A stretch of 64,000 nucleotides of DNA, taken from an uncultured Chloroflexia bacterium (GTDB lineage: Bacteria > Chloroflexota > Limnocylindria > QHBO01). A model generated the notes under the pieces. It ran no database searches. It saw nothing but the letters and a program-made list of their open reading frames with translations, and was not told the origin of the DNA. Shown in pieces: positions 63,494-64,000 of the stretch. Numbering within the stretch: the stretch's first letter is position 1; each line of letters opens with the position of its first letter. The stretch covers positions 351,850 to 415,849 of the forward strand of contig CAVWZA010000016.1 of NCBI GenBank assembly GCA_963759405.1, given 5' to 3'. The position numbers were made by a program, and so were the translations under genes.

Positions 63494-63522
63494 GCGGGTG
63501 AGCCGGAGTCCGACTCACCCGC
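63494..63522 (-). other. Intercistronic stem-loop between the binding-protein gene and livH
   Basis: GCGGGTGAG ccggagtccga CTCACCCGC forms a perfect 9-bp stem with no U tract. Confidence 0.4.
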
Positions 63523-63552
63523 ACCTTCAGGGTCCGATTCGAAGGGTAGCGG

Positions 63553-64000
63553 CTACTCCTCCGGCCAGATGCGGACGAATTCGCCGTCCTGGACCTCGCT
63601 GACGCTGATCTTCGCGTCGGCGCAGTCGCCGTTCTCATCGCAGGTCAGCGTACCGGTGACGCCCTCGTAGCCCGAGGTCGCGAAGAAGGCATCCTTCAAC
63701 GCGGTTCGCGGGATGTAGGTCGTCCCACCATCCTCGAACGCGACCGCTTCGATCGCATCGGCGAGCATGTTGTACGCGTCGAACGCGTGAGCGTGGAAGA
63801 CGCTGATCGGAGCGTCCTCGCCGGACACGTCGGTGTACGCCGGCAGGAACTCGTCGGCGTAGAAGTCACCGGAGAACGCGAGGTCCGGGCCTGAGAGCAC
63901 GACGCCCTCGGCGGCGTCGCCAGCGGCGCTGAGCCAGTCGGGCGTCAGGATGCCGTCGGCACCGGCCAGGATGGTGTCCTCGAGCCCCGCCGTCTCACGC
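63553..64000 (-). CDS. Branched-chain amino acid ABC transporter substrate-binding protein (LivJ/K-like); 5' part beyond the window
   Basis: The C-terminal region FHAHAFDAYNMLADAIEAV ... GYEGVTGTLTCDENGDC fits type I periplasmic binding proteins. The frame stays open to the window edge. Confidence 0.8.
   Translation of the reverse strand, partial: RETAGLEDTILAGADGILTPDWLSAAGDAAEGVVLSGPDLAFSGDFYADEFLPAYTDVSGEDAPISVFHAHAFDAYNMLADAIEAVAFEDGGTTYIPRTALKDAFFATSGYEGVTGTLTCDENGDCADAKISVSEVQDGEFVRIWPEE

Overview
High-GC bacterial chromosomal window. It has a sigma-54 activator, HspR and leaderless-type promoters. The phylum cannot be assigned from sequence alone, though it looks Chloroflexota- or Actinomycetota-like. 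About 65 genes can be recognised. (1) 1-13.6 kb is a surface-polysaccharide (O-antigen/EPS-type) cluster: priming sugar transferase, Wzy-like and Wzx-like proteins, GT2, GT4, gmd, fcl, two methyltransferases, a CMP-sugar synthetase-like gene, an SDR and a 2-hydroxyacid dehydrogenase. Every gene in this cluster is broken by several single-base frame changes. (2) 13.9-26.3 kb holds envelope and secreted functions: a GT87-like membrane protein, a PQQ-type beta-propeller dehydrogenase, an FAD oxidoreductase, a metallophosphoesterase lipoprotein, an S8 protease with four FN3 repeats, a GT4, and YggT, pcm, YtxH, XRE and YdeI genes. (3) 26.3-35.8 kb is regulatory: an NtrC-type sigma-54 activator, a DUF5317-MFS pair, a membrane HD-GYP protein, a lower-GC spacer with a small ORF, and a MalT-like STAND ATPase followed by a SARP (wHTH+BTAD) module. 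(4) 35.9-46.4 kb is housekeeping or miscellaneous: folK, TMEM175, a VOC+APH(3') pair, SRPBCC, glpX, purH, a J-domain protein, a CDF transporter, RNHCP and a 5'-nucleotidase. (5) 46.5-53.2 kb is an hspR-lon-cbpA-clpB heat-shock operon with a HAIR-like operator. (6) 53.2-64 kb holds two trkA genes, usp, a phosphoesterase, rsmG, a DnaA-box cluster, hpt and livFGMH plus a partial binding-protein gene. The most unusual signals are listed here. A 161-nt non-coding module occurs twice, inverted, 15.7 kb apart, each copy just upstream of a gene start. -10 boxes recur 7-9 nt before start codons. Frame disruption is concentrated in the polysaccharide locus. No tRNA, rRNA, CRISPR array or transposase was recognised. 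The many long ORFs antisense to real genes are high-GC shadow ORFs. The ORF track prints GTG/TTG starts as M.
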